Shown piece after piece: positions 23,991-36,574 of a stretch of DNA of 64,000 nt. The notes beneath the pieces are model-generated. The model was given only the letters and a program-made list of their open reading frames with translations. It did no database searches and was not told where the DNA came from. The translations under genes and the position numbers were made by a program. The DNA is taken from assembly GCA_013265495.1 (NCBI GenBank), contig MU061579.1, forward strand, positions 6,796,124 to 6,860,123. Reading direction: 5' to 3'. This stretch comes from Vicugna vicugna. Taxonomy: Eukaryota. Positions within the stretch are counted from its first letter, which is position 1; every line of letters starts with the position of its first letter.

Positions 23991-25664
23991 TCTTTATGAA
24001 TTGAGCTATGCTTTCATGGGCTTCAGCTTAACAATAAACGCTCTTGACCTAAGAGATGGCATCATCGCTGGGGTTGCCCATATCCTCAGTTGCTCCAAAA
24101 TTGACCTCAGTTGAAGAACTGGCCTCAGAGCACACCTTAGATTGCCAGGGTACTGGATTCTAATTGTTGAATTTAGAGTTCTGTGGAGGAGGGATCTGTT
24201 TGATTTATACTTAATCATAATAGTATTTTGTTCATGTCAGATCTGTAATTGAATCTTGGTATACATTCATAAGATCACATGAACTCCATGTGAAAGATTT
24301 GTCAATTACCAGTCTCAAAATGGGGCATAATTAATCCATGCTAGTGCTTTTGAGTTTGTTTTACTCTGGAATAAGGTGTAGCAGTTTGGTTGAACATATG
24401 TTGTCTTAGAGATCTTTTTACCTTTCATGCAAATGAGAAAATTTTATGTTGGTTTAATAATAGTACAGATACTTAGAAGGTTCAGCTTTTAATATTCTTT
24501 TTGCGAGATCGAAACCGAAAATCCTCATTTCAACAAATGGGTATCATCTATTTCTTTCAAGTATGAATAGATTGATGAATGACAGACCAATACAGAAGGG
24601 AGAACCAGTCTCTTTTCTAGATTTGTCAGAGGTTGACACCTACCTCTGCTATTTGACAGTTGTCCTGCAAGATGGATGTTTTAAGTGTAGCTAGGACCCC
24701 ATGCTCATTGCTATTAATATTTGATGGATTGAGCATCATGTTTGTTTTCAAAATATTCCAAAATAAGTTTTTAGATAAATCAGTCTCCAACTTAGATACA
24801 TGTTGCTCTCTAATTACTCTAATAGAAACAAACACAGACATGCAGCAGCAGATGCCAAACACCAATACAAATAGTTTAGTCTGCCCTGGTCTTCATAATA
24901 CTTCCAGACTCTAATGATGAAAGCCAGATATTTTCTGAATAATGCAGAAAAAAGCTAAAGACATCTTTAAATGAGGCTAAATATATGCACTTTTCAAGTT
25001 TCTACTTGTCTGTCTTTTCCCAGCAACTAGAATTAAATTTCCTAAGTGTTTTTATTTATTACGGAATCTTCTAAAGAGTCCCTTGCCTATAGCGGAAGTT
25101 CAAATAATCGTGGGCTAATCAGTTGTTAGGCATAACAGAATAAGTGGCTCTGACTTAAAGCCAATATAAGCCCTAAAGCAATATGCTTTTTTTTCAAAAA
25201 GCTTTTACAACAAATGCACACAAACTCTTTTTAGAAAATTCTGTAATACAGTATATCTAGAAAGACACAATCCTTGCTAAGTTAATTATATTTGTAAGTA
25301 AGATAAAACACAGAATATTATAAAACCATGGCAGCATTCAGTCCCTCTATTGAAAATGATTAATATGAATTCTAGGCTAGCAAGAATCCATCATTTATAA
25401 CTGAACCATGGGTTTTATGCCATGTGTTGTTCCTAAAGTGGAAAACAAATTTTGCTTAACATATTTATAAGTTTTTCAAGTGGCTACATTCTCAAAGACA
25501 AAGTCTGAAAGAAAAATACAAATGGCAAAAATGGACAAAATGTAGATAAAATGAAAGCTTCAGGTAATAAAGAGACCAAAAGTAGGAAGTATAAGTGGCT
25601 TATGGTTGAACAATGGAAGAAAAAAACTTTCAAAAAGTGCATTGCACAGAAGCCACCATAGTGA

Positions 25665-25885
25665 TTATTTAGAATAGGTCAGAGTTGGGAATAAAGCATC
25701 GTCCAGTATAGTCCTTATGTAAGCTGTACATCTCCCTTCTCCAACAGCTCCTATGTAATAATATCCAGCATTAATACATGAACACGTCTGGTTTTATGGC
25801 CCTCACAATTTCCTAAGGTCCCATTCCATTGCTGACAGCTTCAATTGTGAGAAAAGTTTTATTGTAATGAGTCAAAATTATTTTT
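25665..25885 (-). mobile_element. L3/CR1 3' end
   Basis: Reverse strand: tttctcacaattgaagctgtcagcaatggaatgggaccttaggaaattgtgag, matching the CR1 ...V..WN.LP...V region and 3' end. Confidence 0.75.
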
Positions 25886-26111
25886 TCAAAATGTATAGCA
25901 AAGTTGGTTATGAAAAAGCAATAATCTCAGAAAATTAAGCTAATAATTTTTTGTTATGGTGGTTTATATTTAATGAAAGATTGGAATAAATCCAAAATAT
26001 ACTTAAGTATTGAGGTTATATGTCAGAACTAGAAATACTTCCTTCTTTCTTATAATCTAAGCTCCTGAACTATCCCAGCATCCTAACACAGCCTCAATAA
26101 ATACCAACTGA

Positions 26112-26191
26112 CATGCTCTACACTTTAAACTTATGCAGTAATCTAAACTTATACAGTGAATTATTTCTCAATAAAACTGGGCAAATAAATA
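26112..26191 (+). mobile_element. 80-bp 5'-truncated L1 3' tip with perfect 16-bp TSD, inserted in an L2 tail
   Basis: AATAAATACCAACTGA at 26096-26111 and 26192-26207. Insert has tacactttaaactta...tctcaataaaactgg plus a (TAAA)n tail. Confidence 0.9.
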
Positions 26192-26329
26192 AATAAATAC
26201 CAACTGAATGTGAATAAATTAACAAAGGGTAATTGGAAAGTGTCAATATTCCCAGATACTGACAGTCAGACTAATGAAGTCCTTATGAAAATTAAATATA
26301 AAACAGATGCCCTAATGATTAGTGGGAGC

Positions 26330-26930
26330 ACAATTTGTGAGGACTTAGAGCCCCAAGAGTAAAAGGAGAGATCGGAACAATTAAGCAAATGTTTGGTGAT
26401 CCAGCCAGGGGTAAATATATTGCTGTAGGTAGAGTGCCATGTGCTAGGACTAGAATAGAAATGTATAAAAGGTATTGACAGGACGTGGAGGAAGGAGCTA
26501 CTGACTCTGCACTAATGAGGTGGGAGAAGAGTTCATTTATTAATTTACTCATCTAACAGATATTTATTAAGCACCTCTTAGGTACTATATACTCTTCTAG
26601 AGACTGATGATACAACAGTGAAAAACAGTCAAAAATTCCTGTCCTTCTGAGCTGACATTCTAGTAAGGAGATATAAAAAATGCATAACGTGCAAATGTTA
26701 AAAAGTCCTGTGCAGAATAAAAAATTAGTGTAAGGAAATAAGAAAGTAGACAGAATAAGGTGGTAAGTAAAGGCCCCCTGATAAGGTGACATTTAAGCAG
26801 ACTTTGAACCTTGAGATGACATTTGACTTGGTTCTAAAAGGATATATAGGAAGTCACCAGAAAGAGAGTTGGGAAAGGAATTTTCAGATATAGAAAATAA
26901 GGAATGAAAAACCCCAGAGACCCAAAATAA
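26330..26930 (-). mobile_element. L2 elements: L2a (~26535-26805) nested in an older L2
   Basis: aacagatatttattaagcacc...cctgtccttctgagctgacattctagt. Flanks read as one continuous older L2 (gtgccatgtgctagg...gaaggagctactgactctgc | gagatgacatttgacttgg). Confidence 0.75.
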
Positions 26931-26944
26931 TTTTGGGAAATAAT

Positions 26945-27455
26945 TTTTTACCACCAAATATCTATTTCTTCTTCTGATAATGTCACCTTACCATTTCTTT
27001 AGAAAATCACTTGTCCCCATTATTCACCCATGTGTTTCAGATTTCAAGTAAAACATGTATCCAAGACCTGACCAATTAAAGCATTGTATCCCTTACATTG
27101 ATGAGTAAGTAACTCAGAATTGTCCAGTTATGGTAAATCCTTGGACTTGTCTGAGGGGTTCCCAAAAAGAGATGTTCTCTCTTTTGCATGGGGATTTCCA
27201 ATAGTTACAATAATATGAGCCTAAAGATTAAGGAAGCCATCGTGCAGAGCCATAGTATGAAAATAACACAGTACGAAGCAGAGTGAAAAGACAAATGCAA
27301 AGCTAAAGGTTGATCTGCATTTTTGAATTCCTAGATAAAACCCTGCTTGAAACTAACTTTAGCCAGGTATTTTTAAGCTTTATGAATGTATGTATTTCTT
27401 TTTGGCATTGAACTTGATACTCTATCATTTGCTTATCAAACAGTCTTGATGTAAA
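26945..27455 (+). mobile_element. MaLR LTR (MLT1K/L-like)
   Basis: ccaagacctgaccaattaaagcattgtatccc, gaagccatc, ttcctagataaaaccctgcttgaa, end tcatttgcttatcaaacagtcttgat. Confidence 0.6.
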
Positions 27456-27492
27456 GAATAGATCAAAGAAAGGATGGTCAGATATTATTTCA

Positions 27493-27531
27493 GATGGTAC
27501 TTAATGATGGTACTTTATGATGGTACTTAAG
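27493..27531. repeat. 13-bp unit x3 minisatellite seed
   Basis: GATGGTACTTAAT GATGGTACTTTAT GATGGTACTTAAG. Confidence 0.95.
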
Positions 27532-27549
27532 CAAGTGTTTCACAGAGAT

Positions 27550-28805
27550 TCCTATCAAACTATATTACAAAGCAGTAGTAATCAAAATATTATGGTATTG
27601 GCATAAAAACAAACACATGGATTGATTGAACAGAACAGAGTCCAGAAATAAACCCATGCATATATGGTCAATTAATTTTTAACAAAAGAACCAAGGATAT
27701 ACTGAAGAATAGTCTCTTCAATAAATGATGTCGGGAAAACTGGATAACTACTTACAAAAGAATGAAACTGGTTGTCTACCTTACACCGTACACAGAAATC
27801 AATTAAAAACAGATTAAAATTTGAACATAAGACCTGAAACCATAAAACTGCTAGAAGAAAACATGGGGGTAAGATCCTTGACATTGGTCTTAGCAGTAAT
27901 TTATTGGATTTGACAAAAAGAGCAAAGGCAACAAAAGCAAAGATAATCAGATACATCAGATACAGAGATACCTCAAACTGAAAAGCTTCAGTACAACAAA
28001 GGAAACCATCAACAAAATGAAAAGGTGACCTACAGGATGGGAGAAGATACTTGCAAATCATATATCTGGTAAGGAGTTACTATCTAAATATATAAATTCA
28101 GCTGTGGAAAAACAAACTGATTGAAAAATAGAGGAACAGAGTAGATATTTTCAAAAAGACATACAAATGGCCAAAAGGTACATTAAAAGGTGCTCAACAT
28201 CCCTAATCATCAGGGAAATGCAAATCAAAACCATAATGAGATATTACTTCATATCTCATTAGAAAATCAAAATCTCATCAAAAAGAGAAGAGTCAATAAG
28301 TTGGCAAGGATACAATGAAAAGGGAACCCTTATTTTGGTGGGAATGTAAATTGGTGCAGCTATGGAAAATAATATGGAAATTTCTCAGAAAATTAAAAAT
28401 AGAACCACCATATGATCCAACAGTTCCACTTCTATGTATATTAAGAGACATATACACCCCCACCCCGTTCAGTGTGGTATTCACAATAGCAAGGATATAG
28501 AAACAACCTAAATGTCTATCAATGAGTGAATGAATAAAGAAATTATGAGATATATATAGATATATAAACACACACACACATATATGTATACAATGAAACA
28601 TTATTCAGCCATGAAAAAGAAGGATATCTTGCCATTTGTGACAACCTTGAGGACATTATGCTTAGTGAAATAAGCCACATAACGATAAGTACTGCATGGT
28701 ATCATTTATATCTTGAATCTAAAACAAAAAGTCAAACTTACAGAAACACAGAGTAGAAAAGTGTTTGCCAGGAGCTTGGAGGTGGGGGAAATAGGGAAAG
28801 GAGAG
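27550..28805 (+). mobile_element. L1MA-type fragment (ORF2 C-terminus and part of 3'UTR)
   Basis: ORF 28315-28500 WWECKLVQLWK...LKIEPPYDPTVPLL matches the L1 ORF2 cysteine-rich region. cagggaaatgcaaatcaaaaccataatgagata present. Confidence 0.95.
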
Positions 28806-29067
28806 GTATCAGAAAGAAAAAAGACTTCTAGGAAAACTTTATGCTTGCCTTTAAAGGAAGTGACATTGAAGAAGCACTGAGAAAGTGGGGGAGGCAGTTT
28901 CCGAATATAGAATAAAATGTTGTGAGGTATTTAGAATGCCTACTCACAGAACCTTGGAGAAGGCACCTTCTCTGGGTTACTAAATCAATAATAATGTGCA
29001 CATGTGTTAAGCACAGTAGGTGAGCAGCACTCTGTGGGTACAAAAATGGATTTAACATTTATATTTT

Positions 29068-29455
29068 CTTAAAGAGAATCACAGCTAGACAGTAGTTAAA
29101 GTAAAAACAGATTAGGAGAAAAGAGACTTCAACTCAATTCCAAAGACCACAAGGACAATTGGGGACTTACAGCCAAGGTGCAGAATGAGGGGGTCAGTGG
29201 TTGGAAAATTACCAAAGAGGAGATGTCAAGGGTAGGGGAAACTCTTGCTAAACTGACCTAACAGGATTCTTGCTGAAGGCAGATCAGATATCAAGGGTGG
29301 TGAGATTCTCTCTAAGGTGACTTGGCAGGATTCTTGCTACAGTTGGGCTATGCAGAACCAGCAATGGAACAGGAAGGAGTGGGGCATGTGTAAGTTTTGG
29401 CCTAGTTCAGAACAGAGCACAGAATGAAGTTTGGTCAGGGAGACCATCTTTATCA
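29068..29455 (-). mobile_element. ERV1 solo LTR (MER31/MER34/MER67 group)
   Basis: aactcaattccaaa, tacagccaagg, tcagtggttggaaaattac, duplicated caggattcttgct, ends ...ctttatca. Confidence 0.7.
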
Positions 29456-29739
29456 GTATGAACACAAATTTCAGTATGTTTACAATCATTTCTTAGTTGA
29501 CTGATGCTCCTGTGTTTCGATAAGATGATAGCTGAGGGGATATTTCTCACAGTATAAAGGACGATACACTTTAGAATCTTGAAAAAAGTATCTGTTGTTT
29601 TGAACTCAACTAAATCCATACTTTTCCCTATTTCCTATAGACATGTTATCATGACTGAACTCTAACCTACCTAAAATTATAAATACACTACATCATAAAC
29701 TACACATCTACCAATCTACCTAAATGGTTCTTGGGTGGT

Positions 29740-29920
29740 ATTTTGCTTAAAGTGTGATCTAAAATGCACTTACATCAGAATCACCTGAAAGACTTGTTAA
29801 AAAAAAATGCTGGGCCTTACAGACCAACTGGGTCGAAATTTCTCGTAGTGATGCTCAAGGATGTACTTTTTAATAAGAATTCAAGCCTATTCTCATGCAC
29901 ACTAAAGTTGAAGAGCTATT
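29740..29920. mobile_element. MER5A hAT MITE
   Basis: aaagtgtgatc...catcagaatcacctgaaagacttgttaaaa...attctcatgcacactaaagttgaagagc. Confidence 0.85.
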
Positions 29921-29964
29921 CAACCATGGAGTAAATACAGGGTAGATTTTAGATGAAATAAGAC

Positions 29965-30180
29965 TAAAATTTATTGATACCTACTATGTTCTTTATAAGC
30001 TTTATACACCCAGTCTCATTTAATTATCAAAACAGAATGATAAGACAAATAATTCTGCTGTTTTAAAGATGCTAAGATTATATCAGAGAGAACTAAATCA
30101 TGGGCGCAAATCCACACATCTGGGAATTGCCCAGACTGAAAGAGAATCTAACTAAAACTGACACCCATGACTTTACCAGG
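29965..30180 (-). mobile_element. MIR SINE
   Basis: atttattgatacctactatg...tctcatttaatt...gttttaaagatg. Confidence 0.65.
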
Positions 30181-30599
30181 CTATCTCCTTCCCCGTGCCC
30201 TTATTTCTTGGGTTATTGCATAAGAATCTTCCCTCCACAAAAGCATTTTTTTAATGTTGACAATACTAATTTGGATTGGAAATGCTCTATTACATATAGC
30301 TGGGTTGGTCCCTGATCTCAAGAAAATATCAGATGTTTCCCAGATTATCATTTCTTCGTAAAAGGTGGTCAGTATTATACATCTTCAGCCTATGCCTAAC
30401 TCTCTCCCTCTGATTTCAGGAAGTCCTGAAATCTCATTTTTGCCTTATAATTCTGGCAGGTGGATTAAAAGACATTAAGGTAAAGATATCTAATTTCCTT
30501 AACATCTAATTTTATCCACATCCTTTTTCCACTTGTGGAAGTATGGTGCTTTGACTGTTTCAGTGTGTTAAATAAAGTAATTATTCTAATGATAAGAAG

Positions 30600-30920
30600 T
30601 CTTTTATTATGAATCTAACTTGTCTGGCACTGAACCAGACACAAAGACTCACTCTTGGGAAACCTTACTATCTAGATGCCTGAGAGACATTAAATAAATT
30701 ATTATGGTACAGTGGATTACATATGCATATCTATGAAGAGGTGTGTGCATAGGGATGACCTCTGTCTGGGGAAGTGGATGAACGAACAACTTCACAGAGA
30801 AAAGACACGTGTGCTAGAAGAGCACCAAGAAGAGAAACAAACAAAGCCCATTCCAAGGAGAGTAGAGTATTGAGACAGTGCGCTACAGTTGTGTAGTGCT
30901 TGCCCCTTAAGTATCTGTGT
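30600..30920 (-). mobile_element. L2 fragment
   Basis: ttattatgaatctaacttgtctggcactg...cccattccaaggagagtagag. Confidence 0.5.
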
Positions 30921-33232
30921 CAGGTCTTTCCCAGCTTCTTCACCCGGTTCATTAGGGACCCAGATAGGTGATTTCACCTGCTGTCTTTTTAATGCCCAAA
31001 AAGTAGTGATCATTTTCACTTGGTTTATTGAATCAGTATCATGAATTATTCTGATTTTAAAGAAGCTATTCCTGTTGTAAGCACTAAATCAGTGTAATTC
31101 CTTCCATAGTCTTTAATTGCACTAAAAAACTTCGAATTAGAATCTAAGAAGGATTTTTTATGAGACAATGAAAGATATTTGATAAATATTTGGGAATTTC
31201 TTCCTAGTAATACTTTAAGAAAAACTGTAAAGTGTTGTGGAATCTAAAAACAGGAGCATGAAAGTATATGGTCTCCTGAGAGTTTATTAATACATAAAGG
31301 ATGCTGTGAACTTTATGTCAAACTGCCTTCATTTAAAAGGGCTTTAAGATGAGGACTTAAACATCTTGAGGTTTTCTTTGGTCTCTTTTAAACACTGTGT
31401 CAGCATGCTTGGTTAACTATGGCATTTACTTGTTTTCTCTGAATTACCACGTTTCTATTTGGTATAAATACACCTAGTCTTCACCTACCACTGTAATTTC
31501 CTCCTCTTTTTAAGACAATATTTTCTGAAATAAATACTGGTGTTATTTAAATTATAAAATTTTCTCAGTTTTAGTATTTCTGCAGGTTGATTTGTAACTA
31601 TATCTCAAAGCAAAATGGCTATCTCCATGACTTATAAGTACCTGGACTATTATTTCATGAAACTATGGAAAATGATTTCAAGTGAGACCAGAAAATGGGA
31701 AAATATATTCTTGATAGAAAATAACTCATCAAGATGTTTCATTCGCTCTTGTGTTTAGAGAATATTGTTATAACATATTACAAATTCAGAAATATTAAAT
31801 TTCAGTCTTGAAAAAGCATACTCATCTATAAAATACATGACTGTCAAGATTCACATTATATTTTTCCTGTAAAACACATTTTAATATAACCTTAATGATA
31901 TGAAGTGAAGGAGAAACTAGGCATTTAGACCCATCATCAGGAAAGCTCGGAGTCAAGGAAATATTCTTAAACAGCTTGAAATCTAATCTGTAAAGATATA
32001 GTGAGAAAGAATGCAACAGTAATGATGTATATTTCTCAACTCACATACATTTGCTTCATTTAAATTTTCTTCTCATGACATCCTAACAGATGTCAGGCAA
32101 AATATAGCAAATTCATCCAAAGTCCCATCCTTTCTGTTTCTCAGCATACTAGACACTGTGAGATTTTTCCTTGCTCCACTTCCCTACCTCATTCCTTACT
32201 CACACCCTAGAACTTGTCTTCAACCAGGGTGACTGTGCATATTCAATAACAGCCCTCCAGTCTCTCGTTCTCAAACCATAAGTCCTCATCCTCCAGTCTG
32301 TTCGGCCCCCTTATTATCACTCAAGCCCCATAGAGACCTCAAGTTCCTTAACTTCACGCTTGTTTCCCAGTAAATGAATGCCTTTCTGACTCTACTTCCT
32401 TCCTGGTACATCATTTCAACAACTTCCTGGTCAACACCCTCAGCATGTTCACTCATTTATGAGTCCTCCTGATACAAAAGCCCTGAAGATCTTAAGTATT
32501 TTCCAACTTATAAAGCCTCGCTTTAGATTGGTATTTCCAGAAAATAACTGGGTCATAATATAGGGTTGCCTGTTTCAGGTGCTTTATAGCTTCCTTTCAA
32601 ATCATACTTTATTCTGCAGTTAGTCAAACATCTGAATCAGTTAATGTTTGTTGGAGGCAACAGGGGTCACACAGTATATCTAACAACTGGTCAATTGGAA
32701 CAGACACTATATGAAAACTTTCAGCTGTTAAAGCCAGCCAACATCCGCTCTTGTTGCAAAGAATAGGAAACAACTCCAGAAAGGAGCAAGGAAGAGGAAG
32801 AAAGCAAGAAAATAAAGGGAAAGTTGGGTGACTCACAGTCTATTTTTTTTAAAAAGCACTGAATGACACAGTCTTTGGAAGGAGAGAGGGAGAGTTGGGT
32901 TCACATTGTTTCCAAATGTTTATATTTGGTTTAATGATATGATAGTGACATTATTATGGCAATAATATGCATTTACTAAGTATGCTGTACAAGATAATTA
33001 TTGGTTATTTTGAATTTAAAATCTAAGAGAAAAATTTTTAATCATATGATAACTCGATCATAATTATGCACTTTTTAGGGAGAGTTGTAATAATATGGAT
33101 TTGGATTTACATTGAGTTTTAGATTGAAAAGAAAATGGTGAGATTCCAACAAGGTGGCAGGACATTTGTCCCGTTTACAAGTCAATCACATTTTTACACT
33201 TTAGTAGAAATTTTGATTTTGTTCAGACTTTT

Positions 33233-33574
33233 GTGACAGAGCCTGATATTCCTCTTCCAATATATATTATCTCTTTTTTTCCCCCAAACTTTGACTTCTA
33301 GTTAGACTCATAACCAATCAAAAAAAAGAAAAGGACATTTTCCAGCATCCTTTAAGTGTGGTCATATGACGAAGTTCTAGGTGATGCTTACAAGTAAACA
33401 TCTTGTGTTTAACTTTTGAGAAAAGGGTTTGCCCTCCTTATTTTCTGTCCTCCTTCTTGCTAGCTGGAAAACTTCTTTCACATACCTAACAGAGAAATTA
33501 ACTTTTATTTTTTTTAAGCCATTGTTGTTTTGAGTATTTACTGTCATTCAAGCTAACTTAGTTCCAACTAAAAC
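33233..33574 (+). mobile_element. MaLR LTR (MLT1J-like, internally deleted)
   Basis: TG...CA, acattttccagcatcc, gtgtggtcatatgacgaagttctagg, ttaagccattgttgttttgag, ccaactaaaaca. Confidence 0.75.
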
Positions 33575-35119
33575 AAAATTAAAGAACTAGATGAAAAAAT
33601 AATAAATCTACCTTCATGTTAGGTAAGAGAATTACCTAGAAGCAAATAATTTTAAAATATTGTTTAAAGGGTATTTTGAGGGATCCTACAGTTCTCCTCT
33701 TTTTGGTTAACTATCCAAACTGCTGAAATTTAGTAGTCTGCTTAGATGACTCAGTTAATAATTGTAGTAACATGATTGAGGCCTCATTTTGCATAGCTAC
33801 TGCAGTGCACATTTGCTGCATTATTTAAGAACTTCAGTTCTGACATAGAGGATAAGAAAAACAAATGGGCTAAATGAAACATTAGATATGCTGAGTACAA
33901 TTAATAAATAAGGTGGTACTTATAAAGACAGGAAAAACTCCTACAGTGTGTTGGGTATATATAGACAGATAAGTTAACCTAAGAAATGTGTAAGACACAG
34001 ATAATGGTAAATGAAATGTGAGTGTTAAACTTACATAGAAAGGGCAGAAAAAAACAAGAGGTGCTTAATATTCATGTTTGATGAGGAAAAATCTGAAAAG
34101 GGTTCTATGGGTGGTGTTTAACCATCCAGTTGCTCGCCAGTTGCTAGAATTAAACTTGATAGCTTGGTTGAACCGACTGTTTTACTTTTCAGAGAGAAAA
34201 CAGTAAAAGCTTCGAATACAGATGAGAGTAGGCCTCCTGAGATCATTGTCATGCATTGTCCAGTCAGATGTCCAGGACTGCCTTTGGAATTTGCTCACTG
34301 TTCCTTTCGGAAAGTCTCCTATGTTCCCTCATATCATGACTAAGTTTCGTATTTGTTTATACTTTGTCACTGCCCAATAATATACTGGCAGTATGTACCA
34401 GTTTTGTTTGCTCCCTCAAAGATCTTACTGCAAATTCTATCACAAAAATAGTCAAATTTCTACTGATACATCTGTGCTCTCACTTAGCACAAGTGCTAAG
34501 TGCTAAGATGTGCTCTCACCTTGCTACAAGCTGCAAACCTCCAGAAGAGAGGTGTCTCATGAACTTACTGATCCTTGAGCTGAAGGAAGCACTGTAGGAT
34601 TAATAGGCTGTTTGTAATGAATGTGGCTGCCACCATCAACCGAACAATGAAATATTGTAGCTCTGGATCCACTGCTTCAGAACAAATAACAAAATGGATT
34701 AACTCTTCAGAAGAAAATAACAGTCACAGCCTGATATTTCATCATCTCATCACGCCATCAATTGACATGGCTAAGGATCTAAAAACAAATTTATCAGTAG
34801 CTAAATCAAAGAGAGTAATATCCTATACATTAACAAATTAAAAATAAAAGTCAACCTTTTAATGATCCATGGATAGAAGCAAAAAATAAAAGATTTCTAA
34901 ATAGGCCCAACACACAGAGGTGAAAATTTATTAATTTTTTGAGACATTTATGTTATTTCATTTAGAGGAAAATCTACAATTTGGTTATCTTCCCTATAAG
35001 TTTTTTTTTTAATTCAGAAAAGTCAATCACGTGTATAGGAAAGGGCCACCACTTCCATACCTCAAGTTTTTTTGTCAGTAGCTCTGGTTTCCCAGCCTCT
35101 GGTTTTCCTTTTCCCAAAA

Positions 35120-35440
35120 CCACTCTCCATCCTGTCATCGCAGAGCATTTTTCCGCCAGCTTTATTGACATATAATAGAAAAACAAAAATTGTGTATGTT
35201 TAAAATATACAGCTTGGTATGTTGAAATATCCATCACCACCAGATAACTTTTTATCTTGGCAACGTGATTGTGTCAGTCCTTTGCTTAAAACTCTTTAGT
35301 GACTCACTAACAAGATAAAATCTGAAGTCCTTTGCAAGCTAGCTCCTTCACAATGCGAACTGTTTAGCTTAGGGGCCAATTGTCCCTCTCCCTTGCCCTG
35401 TTCTCTGCTCCACTCCCAGGTATCTTGGGTATATCTGTGT
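35120..35440. mobile_element. L2 fragment (+) interrupted by an L1 3' tip (-, ~35155-35240)
   Basis: tgattgtgtcagtccctttgcttaaaactctttagtgactc (L2) and cagctttattgacatataat...tgtatgtttaaaatatacag (reverse L1 end). Confidence 0.7.
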
Positions 35441-35546
35441 GTGTATGTATAACAAATATTTATATCTTATTATAGTGATATAATGGGAAACTTTACTTTG
35501 GCTCTTAAGTAAAGAACCAAAGAGTAAATTTGTGGAGACATACAAT

Positions 35547-35860
35547 TCTCTCTCTCTCTCTCTCTCTCATTCATTCATTTGCTAAACATTGTTTTAGCAG
35601 TAAACAAAAACAAAAACAAAACAAAACAAAACAAGCAAGGTTTTTGCTCCCATAGAATTTATGTTTTAGAAAAAGACAAACAGTACACACAAATAAATAT
35701 AAAAAGTTGGTGCTAAATGCAAAGCAGATAAATAAAGCACAGTAAAGTAATAGAGAGTGACCACAGCGGAGGGGAGGAGGGAGGGGAGGGTACTGCTATC
35801 TGAGGCATATTTCTCAGGAGTCTCCTCAGATTGTGGCATTTGAGCAAAATCTGAAAGTTG
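35547..35860 (-). mobile_element. L2a 3' end preceded by (CT)n, with an internal (AAAAC)n tract
   Basis: (tc)11 then cattcattcattt...ctcccatagaatttatgttttag...tggcatttgagcaaaatctgaa. Confidence 0.75.
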
Positions 35861-36016
35861 CCTCTGACTTCTGGAGGATAGGCCTAGTGCATATTTTTGT
35901 TTCAGTATAGCATTTTCATTTATATATTTATGTATAATGCAACATTTTCAACACTCTGATGCAGTTTACCATGTAATTCCCAAAATACCACCCAAAAAAT
36001 TGAAGCCCATTAATAC

Positions 36017-36356
36017 TGTAAACTGAATAAACAGAAATTTCAATTAAACAGAGTTGTGAGGCCAGAAGCGGGAATTCCCACACCCTGCAATGATAGCAGA
36101 GCCCAATAGGAAGGAGAAAGATTCCTCTTCTTTCCCGACAAGGGCTTAGCCAAGGAAGAGTCATGAGCTCTTAGTTTACCATAGCTGTCTCAACTTCCTT
36201 TTCCTCTCTATAAAGGCTTTTTTCCTTCCCTTGCTGCATGGGATCTTGCACATGGCTCACCATGGTTGCAGACCCCAAATCTCAATTCTCTGATGATCAA
36301 AACAAACCCATCTTTGCTAGTGAAATATCTGGCAGTCTGTCTGTTTCAGGTCAACA
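36017..36356 (+). mobile_element. ERV1-type solo LTR (Laurasiatheria/lineage-specific)
   Basis: TG...CA, 4-bp TSD ATAC/ATAT, CCAAT-like boxes, TATAAA 36209-36214, polyA position reads AACAAA (36301-36306). Confidence 0.85.
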
Positions 36357-36574
36357 ATATAGGCCTTAAAGTTACTATAGTCACAGAGAAATGTATAAAT
36401 GAGTTGGTTTCTTACTACATTAAACAACAGAATAAATAATATTCAAAAATCATCTTAAGCCTCTGTAAAGGCTAGGGGAATAATATTTAGTTGCAACTGT
36501 GTAAAGGCCGTGCATTGTCTTGGTTTATGAAATTACTGGTTTTCTCATTGTATAAACATGCACTTTTAATGGCA

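Noticed and set aside
27493..27531. Short repeats as a CRISPR-like array
   Set aside because: Head-to-tail units without unique spacers, mammalian context, no cas genes.
20760..27720. Long-range inverted repeat between the L1 pieces at ~20.8 kb and ~27.6 kb
   Set aside because: Only ~160 bp of diverged homology from separate L1 copies, as expected in any mammalian window.
27672..28601. 129-aa and 102-aa minus-strand ORFs (also 57234-57566)
   Set aside because: Antisense read-throughs of A-rich L1 sequence, giving typical F/L/C-rich junk translations.
34175..34340. Possible exon after the acceptor tttacttttcag (34191-92)
   Set aside because: No recognisable protein in the downstream frames and no supporting context. 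Indistinguishable from a chance acceptor.
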